Shown here piece after piece: positions 1 through 11,955 of a stretch of DNA of 64,000 bases. The notes beneath the pieces are model-generated. The model had not been told where the DNA came from. It saw nothing but the letters and a program-made list of their open reading frames with translations, and did no database searches. A program made the position numbers and the translations under genes. Each line of letters begins with the position of its first letter. Positions within the stretch are counted from its first letter, which is position 1. The DNA is from Octopus vulgaris. Lineage: Eukaryota. Location of the stretch: assembly GCA_951406725.2 (NCBI GenBank), contig OX597832.1:17856001-17920000 (forward strand), written 5' to 3'.

Positions 1-64
1 GCGGTGTTGGGGGCCACACAAATACATACACACATACACACGCACACAGACATGTATATTCACA

Positions 65-880
65 TTGGGCCATCCCATAACTCTTGCGTTTTATTTTATT
101 TTTCACAATTAAGATAAACTTTTTTATTCTAAAATTTACTCTCCTTCATTTTCTACAATGCTCTTCAATCTATCTGGAAGACTTGCAAGGCCCCTCTTCC
201 AAAATTCCCTTGTCCGTGATGAAAAATACTCTTCCGGTACTGTTCTGACCTCATCTACAGAATTCGTTTTGTTTCTGTCCAAATGATTTTGACGACAGCG
301 GAATAAATGACAACCAGATAAGGCAATGTCCGACGAAAATGGTTGCTGGGGCATTGTTTCCTATTCAAACTGCTCCAGTCTTTGGAATGTCAACCTCAAG
401 TATTATCCTGATGGAAGAATACTTTTCGCTTTGAAACCGAAGATGGTCGTTTTTATTTTAACGTTGACTTAAGCCACTCAAGCTGTCCACAATAGATCTC
501 CTATGCTATCCTTTGGTCTGGAGTTGACTAAATCTTTCATATCCCACCAAACAAAAAGTTTGTGAGGAACCCATTGACCCAATTTTATAACTTTTCAGGC
601 GTTGATGAATGGTTGAATGATAAAATCCAAGCTTGTCTGCTAGTTCCTCAACATTTACAATGGACCTTTGTTCCACCGGGGTTGGCAGGACGCCCTCCTC
701 GAGACCTACAGATTTTCAAGGCTGTAGTTTCCAGCTCTGAACTTCTTGAACCACCGTTGACACTGGCTTGACACTGGTTTACGCATATTGTCCGTTCTCC
801 ACCTACTGCATCAATATTCTTCGCACTTTCCGTTGGGTAAACTGGGACATTGATAAAGAAATATTGACCAAATGTGAAAT
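65..880 (-). mobile_element. Degenerate mariner (DD34D-type) DNA transposon, internally deleted, with 3' TIR
   Basis: ORF 136-354 reads QPFSSDIALSGCHLFR...EEYFSSRTREFWKRGLASLPDRLKSIVENEGE, matching the mariner C-terminus (HPPYSPDLAPSDYHLF...FY..GI..LP.RW..VV...G). KLFVWWDMK lies near 535-560 and an N-terminal HTH-like piece near 740-880. TIR-like ttgggccatcccataa at 65. Frameshifted. Confidence 0.85.
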
Positions 881-1044
881 CGTCTGTGTTAACTAAATCC
901 CCAAAATGGAGCCTTGTATCTTTGTTTGAAACCGGCTCCCTCCTCAGTGGAAGATTTATAATATTTAAAGAATAAAAGAAACATAGATACATACATGCGT
1001 ACATGCACATATACATGGGTGGGTGGATGAGTTGATGGATTGTT

Positions 1045-1084
1045 AGATAGATATATAGATAGATAGAGAGACATACAGATAGAC

Positions 1085-1142
<58 letters not shown>

Positions 1143-1205
1143 ATAAATAGATGGATGGATGGATGGATGGATGGATGGATGGATTGATGGGTAGATGGAT
1201 GGATA
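1045..1205. repeat. (GATA)n/(GATG)n microsatellite
   Basis: Direct tetranucleotide repeat. Confidence 0.95.
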
Positions 1206-2103
1206 GACATGTCTGTATATATGCATGTGAGTAAACATGCGCTTTACACCTGAGTAGGTTATTAAAGTTTTTAATTATTTTTGCATTTTAGAATTCAAAG
1301 CTCTTACTAAAAAAAAGGCAAGACTCTCTTTTTGAAATCAGACAGCATTTTGGACCTGTAGATAGGTGAATCATTTAATATGCATGCGCACATGCAGCTG
1401 CACGTGTAGATAACCTTGCACTCGTGTAATGGGTGTGTATTTCACTTTTGTACACATGAGTGTACTTCTTCGTTATTTCCACGGACTTGCGTACGAATAG
1501 AGCCATTAGCATGCATAACCAAGTGTCTACCTAGCACAATCTGTTACATGGTAACCTGCAAACTATTACAATCTGTTACACATTGTGGATGTCAGTAAGG
1601 TAACTGACAAACCCCAGCAAGCGTAGTTTGTGTTTAGGTTGATTTGTTTTACCACGTAAAAATTTGGCCGAACATAGGAGTACCAACGGCTAAAAAAAAA
1701 TGTATATACGTGTAGCTACATGTATTCACATGAATATGTGTGTGCAATTCCGGTCGTATTCTTTATTCTTTCATGCATTTCAGCTCAGAGGCCGAGGTCA
1801 TGCTGGTTCAACGCCAGTATCATCACCTTTTCATGGACATTCCCCTGTGATTGACTTTTTAAGTTCTACGCATCTTGATTTTTGTCTCTGCTTTGTGGAT
1901 GCTTCAATAGAGTGTCCTTCGTACTACAAGTGCTTACAGCAGTATACTGATGTTTCAGTACTACTGCGTCGTCTTTATTTAGAAATCCAAATTTGACACT
2001 GTGCTACCAAACAATTCTCTAAAAGTGGACAAATGTTATTTCATTGATTATTAGAGAACACGGATGCCTTGCATTTGGCGATATAATTATTCTTCTCCAG
2101 ATG

Positions 2104-2237
2104 AGGTCGACTTTGCCTTATATTTGTTTGGGGTGGGGATGGGGGTCGATAAAATAAGTACCAGTTGAACACTGAACTCGACAGAATCGACTTCCCCATC
2201 CCCTACAAATTTCTGAACTCGTGCCAAAATTTGAAAC
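2104..2237 (+). mobile_element. SINE family A, partial copy (core and tail)
   Basis: gaggtcgactttgcc...ggggtcgataaaataagtaccagtt...cgtgccaaaatttgaaac, shared with many copies in the window. Confidence 0.75.
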
Positions 2238-2261
2238 GAATATCACTACAGATTTGGAATA

Positions 2262-2479
2262 AAAGGGAATTTTTTTCTACTATAGGCACAAGGTCAACAT
2301 TTTTGTGGGGTGGAGCCTGTCGATTAGATCGACCCAAATACGCAACTGGTACTTAATTTATCTATGCCGAAAAGATGAAAAGTCGACCTCAGTGGAATTT
2401 GAACTCAGGAAGTAAAGACAGATGAAATACCACTAAGCATTTCGCCCGACGTGCTAGCGTTTCTGCCAGCTCGCCACCT
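2262..2479 (-). mobile_element. SINE family A (tRNA-derived head), tail-to-tail with the previous copy
   Basis: Reverse complement of ggcgagctggcagaaacgctagcacgtcgggcgaaatgcttagtggtatt...gagttcaaattcc (B-box-like). Confidence 0.85.
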
Positions 2480-4138
2480 TTGAATAAAAGTGAAATAAAA
2501 ATTGTTATCCTTAGGGGAAACATTATCAAACCAGCAAAAGCCCTTAACGACATTTCTTCCGCTTTTACCTTCACTTTCGGAATCGATAACTTAAATACCA
2601 GTAATCGACTTAACACTTCCCGCTGATTAACAAAATTGTATCAAAATTTGAAACCAATATTTGTATTTTTATCCATTCAGAATTGCTCTATGCTTGTTAA
2701 TAAAATCCTCTTATCTTACTTTTCTTAACCTCAATTGAGTGAGAAATTGTAAAAAGCTTTTAATGCTTATACACAACATTTGTAAATGTTTACCATATAA
2801 TATCTGAAGGGTGATTGTGTCCTTTATGCGTTGCCGCTGTTCTCGTGTGGATTCCGATAACGTATGTCTTGCCTAAGCAGAGTAATTTATTTACAATTCA
2901 GGCATTTGATGAAACAGATCAGGATTCTGCTTTTACAGTTGCGAATTGCGTTTGTAAATATCCATATTCGGGATATATTTATTAGTGCACAGACCAACAT
3001 GTATAAACTAACATTTACCATACTGATCGTCATTGCATTTGGATAGCAAGAACGTTTTTTCATTTTTATTTACTTTAAAATTTGTATTTACCTAGAACAT
3101 GCTAACCAATTTTTTTAGATTGTAATGTTGTCTGATGATAGAAAACGTTTGATTTGGCGACATTAATAACCATTTGAAGGCATGAATAGCGTATGGTATT
3201 GTTGTTTTACATTCCAATTAAGAGAAAATATTACAAAGTCCTTAATCCGATATCCTTTGGTAGTACCGCTATGAGGTGTGATTTTAATTTCAGGAATCAA
3301 TATAGAAGTTGTGAAAATATTTTTAAAACTCATTTTCAGTAAGATCTCTACAGTTATTTCTTTCTATCGTTTTTGAAATCGAAAGATCTTTCATTAATAA
3401 ACGTTTTGCTTGATAAAATAACACGTACGGTGTTGACTGACAAATATGAAGGTGGTTGAAAATACATTGTATTGTGAAGAAGTGATTTCGTAGTTTGTAC
3501 TCAAACACTTTACTGTTTATAAAGGGTTACGAGGCCACAATGTTATAAAAGTGACTGCACATCATGTTAGCACTATCCTAATGTTCTGAGCATATCGCTT
3601 AATGCTTTTGGTGCCGAAAAATATAAAATACAGGCCAAGCATAAAGTTGATTTGATTAACTCATACGTTTGACCTCTAATTTGAAAACGTAGAAATTCAA
3701 AAATAAATCAATATCTTTATAAAGTCTTCTTTTGAAGAAAACATGTAGTGTTTATTTCTGATACCCATTTATATTCCAGTTTGAATTCAGCTGAGAATCT
3801 TTGTTTAATTTCATCTTTCAACCGTTTAAGCAACAATTTCATGCTAATTAGCTACATGTCTCGAATATGTCGTTTGTTCTCTCCCTTAAATACTTAAAAT
3901 TCGGACCTGGTTTCAGATATAAACGTCTGAGAACATTTTCTATTAATATGTTCCTTTATATCGCTTAAATGTAATTTTACTATTAAATGTTTTTTAAAGC
4001 AAAATACGTAAGTCAATCCGGCGACATCTATATCGGCGTACAATATGTGAGAAACTGCTGACATTAAAATGCATGCATTAACCATTAACCATCACAAAAA
4101 CAACACAATAAGAAATGCAATAATATTATATACTTATG

Positions 4139-4520
4139 AGGCGGTAAGCTAGCAGAAGCGTTAGGACACCGGGCGAAATGTTTTGCGGTATTTCCTCTGG
4201 CGCTACGTTCTGAGTTCATATTTCGACGACATCGACTTTGCATTTCATCCTTTCAGGGTCGATTAAATAAGTACCAGTTATACACTGGGGTCGATATAAT
4301 CACCTTAATTCGTTTGTCTGTCCTTGTTTGTCCTCTCTGTGTTTAGCCCCTTGTGGGTACAAAACTCTGCCGCTGAGTTCAAATACAGCCGAAGTTGACT
4401 TTACCTTTCATCCTCTGGGGTGTCGATAAATTAAGTACCAGTTGACTACTGGGCTCACTCTATTCGACTAGCTCCTTCCCCCAAAAATTTGGACCTCATG
4501 CCTAGAGTAGAAAAGAATAT
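4139..4520 (+). mobile_element. SINE family A, dimeric form (head + core + tail 1 + core + tail 2)
   Basis: Head ggcggtaagctagcagaagcgttag. Two copies of the ctttcatcct..gggtcgata/taaattaagtaccagtt core. Tail cctagagtagaaaagaat. Confidence 0.9.
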
Positions 4521-4529
4521 TCTTTTATT

Positions 4530-4730
4530 ATTTTACTTTTTTTAGTTATTTGACTGCAGCAATGCTGCAGCACAGTCTTTAGTCGAACAAATCGACCCGA
4601 GGACTAGTTCTTTGTTCGCCTAGTACTTATTCTATTGGTCTCTTTTGTCGAACCATTAAGTTACCGGGAAATAAACACACCAACATCGGTTATCAAGCGA
4701 TTGTGGAGGAACAAACACAGAAACACACAC
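4530..4730 (-). mobile_element. SINE family B, 3' half
   Basis: Reverse complement of the 13400-13619 portion of the full copy (accgatg.tggtgtgttta...gcagtcaaat.act). Confidence 0.85.
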
Positions 4731-4767
4731 ACACATATATACAATACACACACACATATATATAATA

Positions 4768-5020
<253 letters not shown>

Positions 5021-5021
5021 A

Positions 5022-5240
5022 TGGTAAATCCACAAAAACATTCAAAGAACAAACACAATAAAGAAAACAACGTGAGGACATGGTGCATGCGAAGTGTTAG
5101 CAGACGCTCAGGGAAGGAAAGGAAGGTGGTTTTACGTTTCGAACAAAGCACGTCGTCAGAAACAGGAGACAAAGGAAAGTCCAAGAGAAAAGGAATACGG
5201 AGGAAAAAAGTCGCCAACGATTTACATGTGGCTACAGTTT
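5022..5240 (-). mobile_element. Short non-coding hammerhead-bearing element (Penelope pLTR-like), family H1
   Basis: Colinear with 17780-17975 (acaacg.gaggac.tgg, gacgctca, ggaaag, acggaggaaaaaa.tcgccaacg). Both copies sit at (TA)n tracts and contain a hammerhead core. Confidence 0.7.
5129..5163 (-). ncRNA. Minimal type I hammerhead ribozyme motif
   Basis: Minus strand: GTTT CTGACGA C GTGC TTT GTTC GAAA CG TA AAAC. Stem I GTTT/AAAC, intact core, palindromic ACGT stem III, cleavage triplet GUA. One mismatch in stem II. Confidence 0.75.
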
Positions 5241-5564
5241 GTAATACACAGACACGCGCGCGCATACACACACACACACATCTACACACACACACATACA
5301 TATATATATAATAATGAAGAAATAAGTTATATATATATCCACTTTATACAGCTCAACCGAGTAGCATTCTGATAGGGCTTCAGGAATATAAAATTAAGGA
5401 GAGGAGAAAACAAATTTAAAGGCCTATATTCATTCAATATATATTAACATATTAACGAAATAGGAAATTAGATAAACCAAGGTTTACATTTAGTTAAGAA
5501 AAGTAAGCAAACACAGATTAATCAATCAATAATTATATTTATTAATTGCAAAAATAGACATAAT

Positions 5565-5648
5565 CTCTGACAGCTGTTTCGATTCAGACTTTAAAGATTT
5601 TAATTAAAAAATATTTTAATCATTATAAAGTGGAGTCTCATCGGAGGT
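5565..5648 (-). ncRNA. Degenerate type I hammerhead ribozyme motif with long stem II
   Basis: Minus strand: CCT CCGATGA GACTC CACTTTA...TAAAGTCT GAATC GAAA CAGCTG TC AGAG. Palindromic ACAGCTGT stem III and GUC site. Core U4 is C and stem I is weak. Confidence 0.6.
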
Positions 5649-6379
5649 AGAAGAAAATTTGTATTAGATTTTTATGTGTTAAGTATCTAGAACATTCCAA
5701 CTCAGTATCGTTTTATGGATAAATTTGGTATCGACTTTATAAAGGAGGGGAGGTCTATATTTAGAGAGAAAGTAAATATATAATATGTAATATATAATAT
5801 ACTCTGAGTAGTCGTAAAAAAGTATAGAGATAAATAAAATATAGTAATCAACCATGTATTTATGTATCATAGTAGTATTGAGATAAATATAGTTATAAAT
5901 ATTTAAGTAATAAGGGTGTATAAATTCGTAAGTAAAAATAAGAAATGGATAAAATTATAGATATATTCATATATATTTGAATGCATATATAGCCATATAT
6001 ATTTGAATGTATATATAAATATTTTAACACATTCAAATATTTATATATTTGCAAAAATAAAAATGCGAAGTATAGGATCTTGCATGTGTACTTATGTATA
6101 TATTTACACCCACACACTTAATAAATATATTTAAATACCTGTACAGAAATCGCATGTATAAAAATTGCATAAATATATAATTGTGGAGGTAATATGCTAC
6201 TACTTAAATTCCTACACAACATATTACTTTTGTTAAAATAGAGGTCAATAAATATGCAATAGTAAATAAAATAAATAAAAATGTATTTTTCATATGTATT
6301 TATTTTGGTAAGAAATAAGTGACACTCCTCAATCTATTTTGTATTAAAGAGACATGGCGAGCTGGCAAGTTAAAGAGAC

Positions 6380-6609
6380 ATGGCGAGCTGGCAGAAACGT
6401 TAGCAGGCCGGGCGAAATGCGTAGCCGTATTCCGTCTGTCGTTACGTTGTGAGTTCAAATTCCGTCGAGGTCGACTTTGCCTTTCATCCTTTCGAGGTCA
6501 ATAAATTAAGTACCAGTTACGAACTGGGTTCGATGTAATCGACTTAATCCATTTGTCTGTCCTTGTTCGTCCCCTCTATGTTTAGCCCCTCGTGGGCAAT
6601 AAAGAAATA
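6380..6609 (+). mobile_element. SINE family A, monomer with tail 1
   Basis: ggcgagctggcagaaacgttagca...gagttcaaattccgtcgaggtcgactttgcctttcatcctttcg...aataaagaaat. The 5' junction taaagagacatggcgagctggca is tandemly duplicated. Confidence 0.92.
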
Positions 6610-6867
6610 TATATTTTGGACATATATTTTAAAAATAAGTAGCGTTTCATTCGTTTGGGGAATTGTTAACGGTAATGTAAAGCAGATTACAGAAAGAAAG
6701 AATGAAAGAAACGAGATGAAAGAACGGAGTTAATATGTTATATGTATAAGTGAGCAAGGAAAAATCTCTTATATCAAAGAAAATTTTTTTATAGTTTTTT
6801 AATTTAGGGGAAAAAATGCTTATGTGCACGAAAAATAAGGTAAAGGGAAAGTAACTGTGGATAGTTA

Positions 6868-6919
6868 AAATTTACTTAAATAATTATAGAAAATATATAG
6901 AAAAAATGATTATAGATAA

Positions 6920-6961
<42 letters not shown>

Positions 6962-7084
6962 TTTATTTTAAGCAGCAGAAAATTCAACAAAATCTGTTAC
7001 TCTGAGTTTCTCGTTGCCGTTCATCAGACAGTTTTTGCTAGAATGGAACTGATATATCAATTCAATCTATACTCTTACAAACGC

Positions 7085-7123
<39 letters not shown>

Positions 7124-7229
7124 TTATCTATAATCATTTTTTCTATATATTTTCTATAATTATTCTTATCTATATTCTTATCTATAATCATTTTTTCTAT
7201 ATATTTTCTATAATTATTTAAGTAAATTT
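6868..7229. repeat. About 59-bp perfect inverted repeat (6868-6926 / 7171-7229, extra partial arm 7117-7164) enclosing TA tracts and a hammerhead
   Basis: aaatttacttaaataattatagaaaatatatagaaaaaatgattatagataagaatata versus its reverse complement. Confidence 0.9.
6989..7036 (-). ncRNA. Minimal type I hammerhead ribozyme motif
   Basis: Minus strand: AAAAACTGT CTGATGA A CG GCAA CG A GAAA CTC A GAG TA ACAGATTTT. Stem I 8/9 paired, intact core, GNRA-capped stem II, quasi-palindromic stem III, GUA site. Confidence 0.8.
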
Positions 7230-7232
7230 ATG

Positions 7233-7269
<37 letters not shown>

Positions 7270-7520
7270 GCTTGAATAATAAATATATCTACATATATAA
7301 ATAACAGTTGGTTAAAGAACGGTAAGGTAATGTAATACATCGTGGATGGCGGGGGTGGGAGTACTTAACTATCAATAGTAAATCTCGGAGAGGGAGTAGA
7401 AGTGTGCAATTAATATTAGAAATACTAATAAAAGAATGGGGGAAAATAAATTAGCAATATTAAATGAAATTAATACTTACTACTATTAAGAAATTGAGTA
7501 AAAATATGTATTAGAAGAAA

Positions 7521-7704
7521 ACATTTGACGGATATTTGTCCTCATCTTGTTTCTTGTTAACACAACATTTCGCCTGATATACCCTCCACCCTTCATCAGG
7601 TGTCTAGGGGAAATTTCGATCATGGGTTCTCATTCCTAAGGTATTTTTCGATGTTATTATTATTAAGATGATTATTAAGATGATTATTGTTATTATTATT
7701 AATA

Positions 7705-7787
<83 letters not shown>

Positions 7788-7887
7788 GCTGTTGTTGTTG
7801 TTGTTATTCTTCTTCTTTTTCTTCTTATTATTAATGAAATCACTGCCTGGAATCGAACTCGGAATCTTCGGCTTAGTAGCCCGCGCC
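7521..7887 (-). mobile_element. tRNA-headed SINE-like element with internal (AAT)n and hammerhead-containing 3' module (family H2)
   Basis: Minus strand order: gcgggctactaagccgaagattccGAGTTCGATTCCaggcagtg (B box 7849-7860), then (AAT)n, a unique body, the hammerhead at 7559-7604, and tail aacaagatgaggacaaatatccgtcaaatgt, which recurs at 11330-11445. Confidence 0.7.
7559..7604 (-). ncRNA. Minimal type I hammerhead ribozyme motif
   Basis: GACAC CTGATGA A GGGTGG AGGGTATA TCAGGC GAAA TG TT GTGTT. Stem I GACAC/GTGTT. The second copy (tatatcagccga near 11329) suggests an ancestral stem II GGCTGG/TCAGCC. TG is a likely CpG decay of the AACGTT palindrome. Confidence 0.75.
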
Positions 7888-8054
7888 TATAAATGTCTTC
7901 GATTCACTTAGAGAAAACGACTTCCGGGCCCGAACGGTCTAGGCAGGAACGCTTGAACCGGTATACAATGAGTATTTGGAAAATCTTGTTAAAACAGGTA
8001 AATAAGTAATTTTTTGTTGAACATAACTAGTCCGCGAATATTTTAATAAATCCT

Positions 8055-8131
<77 letters not shown>

Positions 8132-10045
8132 TTATATGTATATATATATATATTTATATATATATACATATATATACATATATATATATACATATATATA
8201 ATTATGCATGTATGTATGCGTGAATGTTTGTATGTGCGTGTTTTTATTAGTTATTGATCTTTATACATAGAACCGTCTAATATTCAGTAAGGCAGGTTAA
8301 TAGATGTACATGCGAAAATACTTTACCTTACTATTTTATTGTGAATGAGTGAGTATGCGAGGGATTGCGTCCACGTTAAAAATTCGGTTAGACTTGACTG
8401 TTCCTTCCACGAGGCTCTTGATAATGAGAACTAGCCCTAAACTGGGATCGATTTAAATGATTTTTCCCGACGTACACAAGTCTCAGCCTTGTGGTTACCG
8501 ACGCTACAAAGTCAAAAGGCATAGTTTTCTTTCTATCTTTCCATTTTACCAATGTTACGAATCAATAACTCTTTATTCCAGCGTTTGAACTTCTTTGTAT
8601 GGGGGGGGCTCCTTTGTTATAAGCATATGGCCATTATTTCTCCTGACCCTACGTGTTATTCCATTTGACATTCGCGGTTTAACATTCTATGTTGGGTCAT
8701 GGAGAAAACAGCTTTATCCTAGTTTATTTGGAGTCCGGTAACAAAAATGGAAAGCATAAAAATGCACCTCCGTACTTGATTGACTACGTATCTTTCCTGA
8801 TTCTGAAAACACGAAAGGCAATTTTAACTTGTGGAGAAGCCGAAATGATAGCTTCGATAGCTGTTGGCTCCGTAGTTTGTTTAATAACCCGTTGTTGTCC
8901 GACGCTCTTCAACCTCATCCACTTTCATACGCATTTACACAAGCGATCGTCATAATTTGCATTTTCATATAACCCTCATTCTTCCAATCATATGATGTTC
9001 CTTGTCGTGTCTACGGTGTCGCAAATGTAGTGACATTACAACAACGAACATGTGTCACAGGGTTCGTATCTCTTGACCCTACTGTTTATAAGTTAATGTA
9101 CTATCGCAACAGCCTATGCTTATATTTGTGTTGGGCCAACTCCATCTGCTGATTCGTGTAGGATTTCGTATTAATGATTACAAAAAATGTACGTCTGTAC
9201 AATCTGAACATGTGGAGTGAGAAAGCATTCGGCTAGATATCTGCGAAGAATTGTTGTAATTGTTCTTTCAAAGCTTATACGAATTCTTCCTTTATTAATA
9301 TACAAACAAATGTTCGTGTTTGTCTTTTTAATGATGACTTATTCGAGCAAGTAGGTAGTGAGACTATTTTTCCAATGTTTGAATGAAGTTCACACATATC
9401 TGGAAAGCAAATTTGCAAACTTGTTGATAATGTTTCTTGCTGTTGTTCTTCCTATTGTTATTTTAAATGTGTATTTGGGAAATTTAAATTCATATGATCA
9501 TGTGTATTCTTGTGCAAGGGTTAGCGATGTTTTATGAAAATTTCCCTTCGTTTGTGGTTTATAAGGGACTATCCATTCGTATCATATTTTCGGATAGTAC
9601 GATATCTATTTATCTAGAAATCATATTTGATATCTCACAAATAAAGTTTCGCTGGTTGTTGAAGCTATCTTTGTTTTTTGTCTTTTATTTTTTTGAAAGA
9701 ATCAATTTTGTTTTCCTTGCTATGTTACATTCATCCATTTTATCGCAAACAACAGAGCAAACAAACAACAAAAATAAGAACTAAAACAAGCAGTATAAAA
9801 GCTAAACCACAATACCAATAATTAGAATAATAATTCTCATGAGAATATGAGTTTGTTCATTATTAGCTAGAATTCAGACTTCAGAAAATGATATTGAAAC
9901 ACGGTGGCTTGCATAACGCATGTGGATGGATAATACCCAGCCATATAAAAACAAATGAATATATAAGGAGTTTATACACGAAAGCACAGTATAACTATCA
10001 AATCATAGGGAAAAAGGATATAATATGATATATTATCAAAGTGAT

Positions 10046-10310
10046 ACTCTTTTACTCCTTTACTTGTTTCAGTCATTTGACTGTGGGAATGCTGGCGCAT
10101 AGCCTTTAGTCGAGCAAATCGACCCCAGGACTTTGTAAGCCTAGTACTTATTTTATCGGGGACCTAAACACACCAGCATCGGTTGTCAACCGATGTTGGG
10201 GAGACAAAGACAGACACACAAACATACTTGCCCAAAGTGCCACGCAGTGGGACTGAACACGGACCCATGTGGTTAGGAAGCAAGCTACTTACCACACAGC
10301 CACTCCTGCG
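10046..10310 (-). mobile_element. SINE family B with internal deletions
   Basis: Reverse complement of head gcaggagtggctgtgtggtaagtagcttgc...gttcagtcccactgcgtggcac.ttgggcaag and tail aaatgactgaaacaagtaaa. Confidence 0.9.
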
Positions 10311-11329
10311 CTGATAATGTATGAAAAACTACGAGATCGAACATTTAGGGAGAATAATGAACAACTTTTTCTCTTCACAAACCCGCCAAATATTAAACAT
10401 TAGTATATCAGTATGTTCTCTAAACACTACTTCCCGAGTTACGATGCTCAAAAGCATACCTACCCAAATGTTACCAAGCCTTCCGTCTTTCTGAATTTCG
10501 TATCATATTTCTAGCACACACACACACACACATATATATATAGCAAAAGGCTCCCCTTCGCACATCTCGTTTCCTAACCGCTGTGTGCATTGTTTTCAGA
10601 TCCATTTCCTATTTCGTCACTTCCCGTTGCCTATATTAGTATGTCTTCACAGCACACTCTCTACTATTTTGTCATTAACAAAGATGATGTTTAAGGGTTC
10701 TACGATATTGTTGGGCTTCAGTAGGCGTCTATCATCGAACGTGTTGGTCCTTAAGAATGAAAACCCACCTGTTTTAAAGCTTCCGGGTATGCAATTAGCA
10801 TCCTCAGGAGCCCCCGCTGGACGCTGTTAGCGCTGTTGGTGTCTTTCGAGTTTAGCGTCGCAAATCTTTGACATGAAGTTCTTACATCATCTTTAATAAT
10901 ACATATTTTACAAGAAAGATTTCTGCTCTAAATAACACTAGTTGCAGCGTTTATCTGTTCGCATGAACTACTGTGTGAAGTTCTGAGATTGTTTTGCTGT
11001 TCCCTAGGCTCATAAAAACATTCATGCCCGTCGACCCATTGCTCCATATATTACTAAATAAAAACTCAGTGCGGATATTTTGCTAAGCAACAATCCGGAT
11101 GGAAAATTAGTCAGCGGTAACCTTTAGGGTGACCACATTATTTCTTTCCCCAAAGTCGTTTTCACCCAGTTCTCACATTTAACAGCAACATTTATGGGGT
11201 CATACTTCTTTGTACACTTCGCACAAGAAACCCCATTTTATGTACCAGTGAGAACTACATCTAAGTCCTCTTTAAATTCGCCATGATGCTTTTGGTGAAT
11301 TTAGAAACGCGCAGTTAGATTAACTAGCT

Positions 11330-11445
11330 ATATCAGCCGAGAGGTCGTTTTAACAACAAACAAGATGAGGGCAAATATCCGTCAAATGTAAATATTGTAA
11401 ATAATGTAAATAATGTACCTAATTCCTCATTTCTTAAAAATAGAG
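11330..11445 (+). mobile_element. 5'-truncated copy of the family H2 tail (begins inside the hammerhead)
   Basis: tatatcagccga...ttaacaacaaacaagatgagggcaaatatccgtcaaatgt matches the reverse complement of 7521-7581. Confidence 0.8.
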
Positions 11446-11579
11446 CAGATAGAATAAGAGATGTAATGTTTCAATTGAGGTATAAAATTAGTTTTCAAAG
11501 TAAATTGAAAAAGTGTGATTTTTAGAAAATAAAAATAAATATAACACTATAGTTAAAATATCAAAATGTGGGATTAATA

Positions 11580-11799
11580 CACTGGTTTTCAACTAGGGTT
11601 CCGCGGAACCTTAGGGTTTCGCCAGTACAGTCCAGGGGTTCCGCAAGAAGTTACAAAACTGCTAAAATCGGCAGTAATTTTTAATTCTCCTGTGCAGATA
11701 TGTGTGCATAAGACTATTAAATTATTGCACAGGGGTTCCTCGAGCCAGTGGAATGTTTCCTTGGGGTTCCGCTCCAGCAAAAAGTTTGAAAAAGTACTG
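11580..11799. mobile_element. hAT-superfamily MITE (220 bp)
   Basis: Imperfect TIRs cactggttttcaac / tttgaaaaagtactg, perfect 8-bp TSD GATTAATA (11572-11579 and 11800-11807), repeated subterminal ggggttcc motifs. Confidence 0.9.
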
Positions 11800-11819
11800 G
11801 ATTAATAATAGAATTGGTG

Positions 11820-11955
11820 GTTCTCCGTCGGTTACGACGACGAGTGTTCCAGTTGATCCGATCAACGGAACAGCATGCTCGTGAAATTAACGTGCAAGTG
11901 CCTGAGCACTCTACAGACATGTGTACCCTTAATGTAGTTCTCGGGGATATTCAGC
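11820..11955 (-). mobile_element. Probable 3' part of a SINE (family C type), structured
   Basis: GC-rich segment with hairpin gttccagttgatccgatcaacggaac. Recognised from memory as the tail of a common octopus SINE; single copy in this window. Confidence 0.55.

Noticed and set aside
3125-3155. CTGATGAtaGAAAacg hammerhead-like core (similar case at 55136)
   Set aside because: No stem II or stem I pairing.
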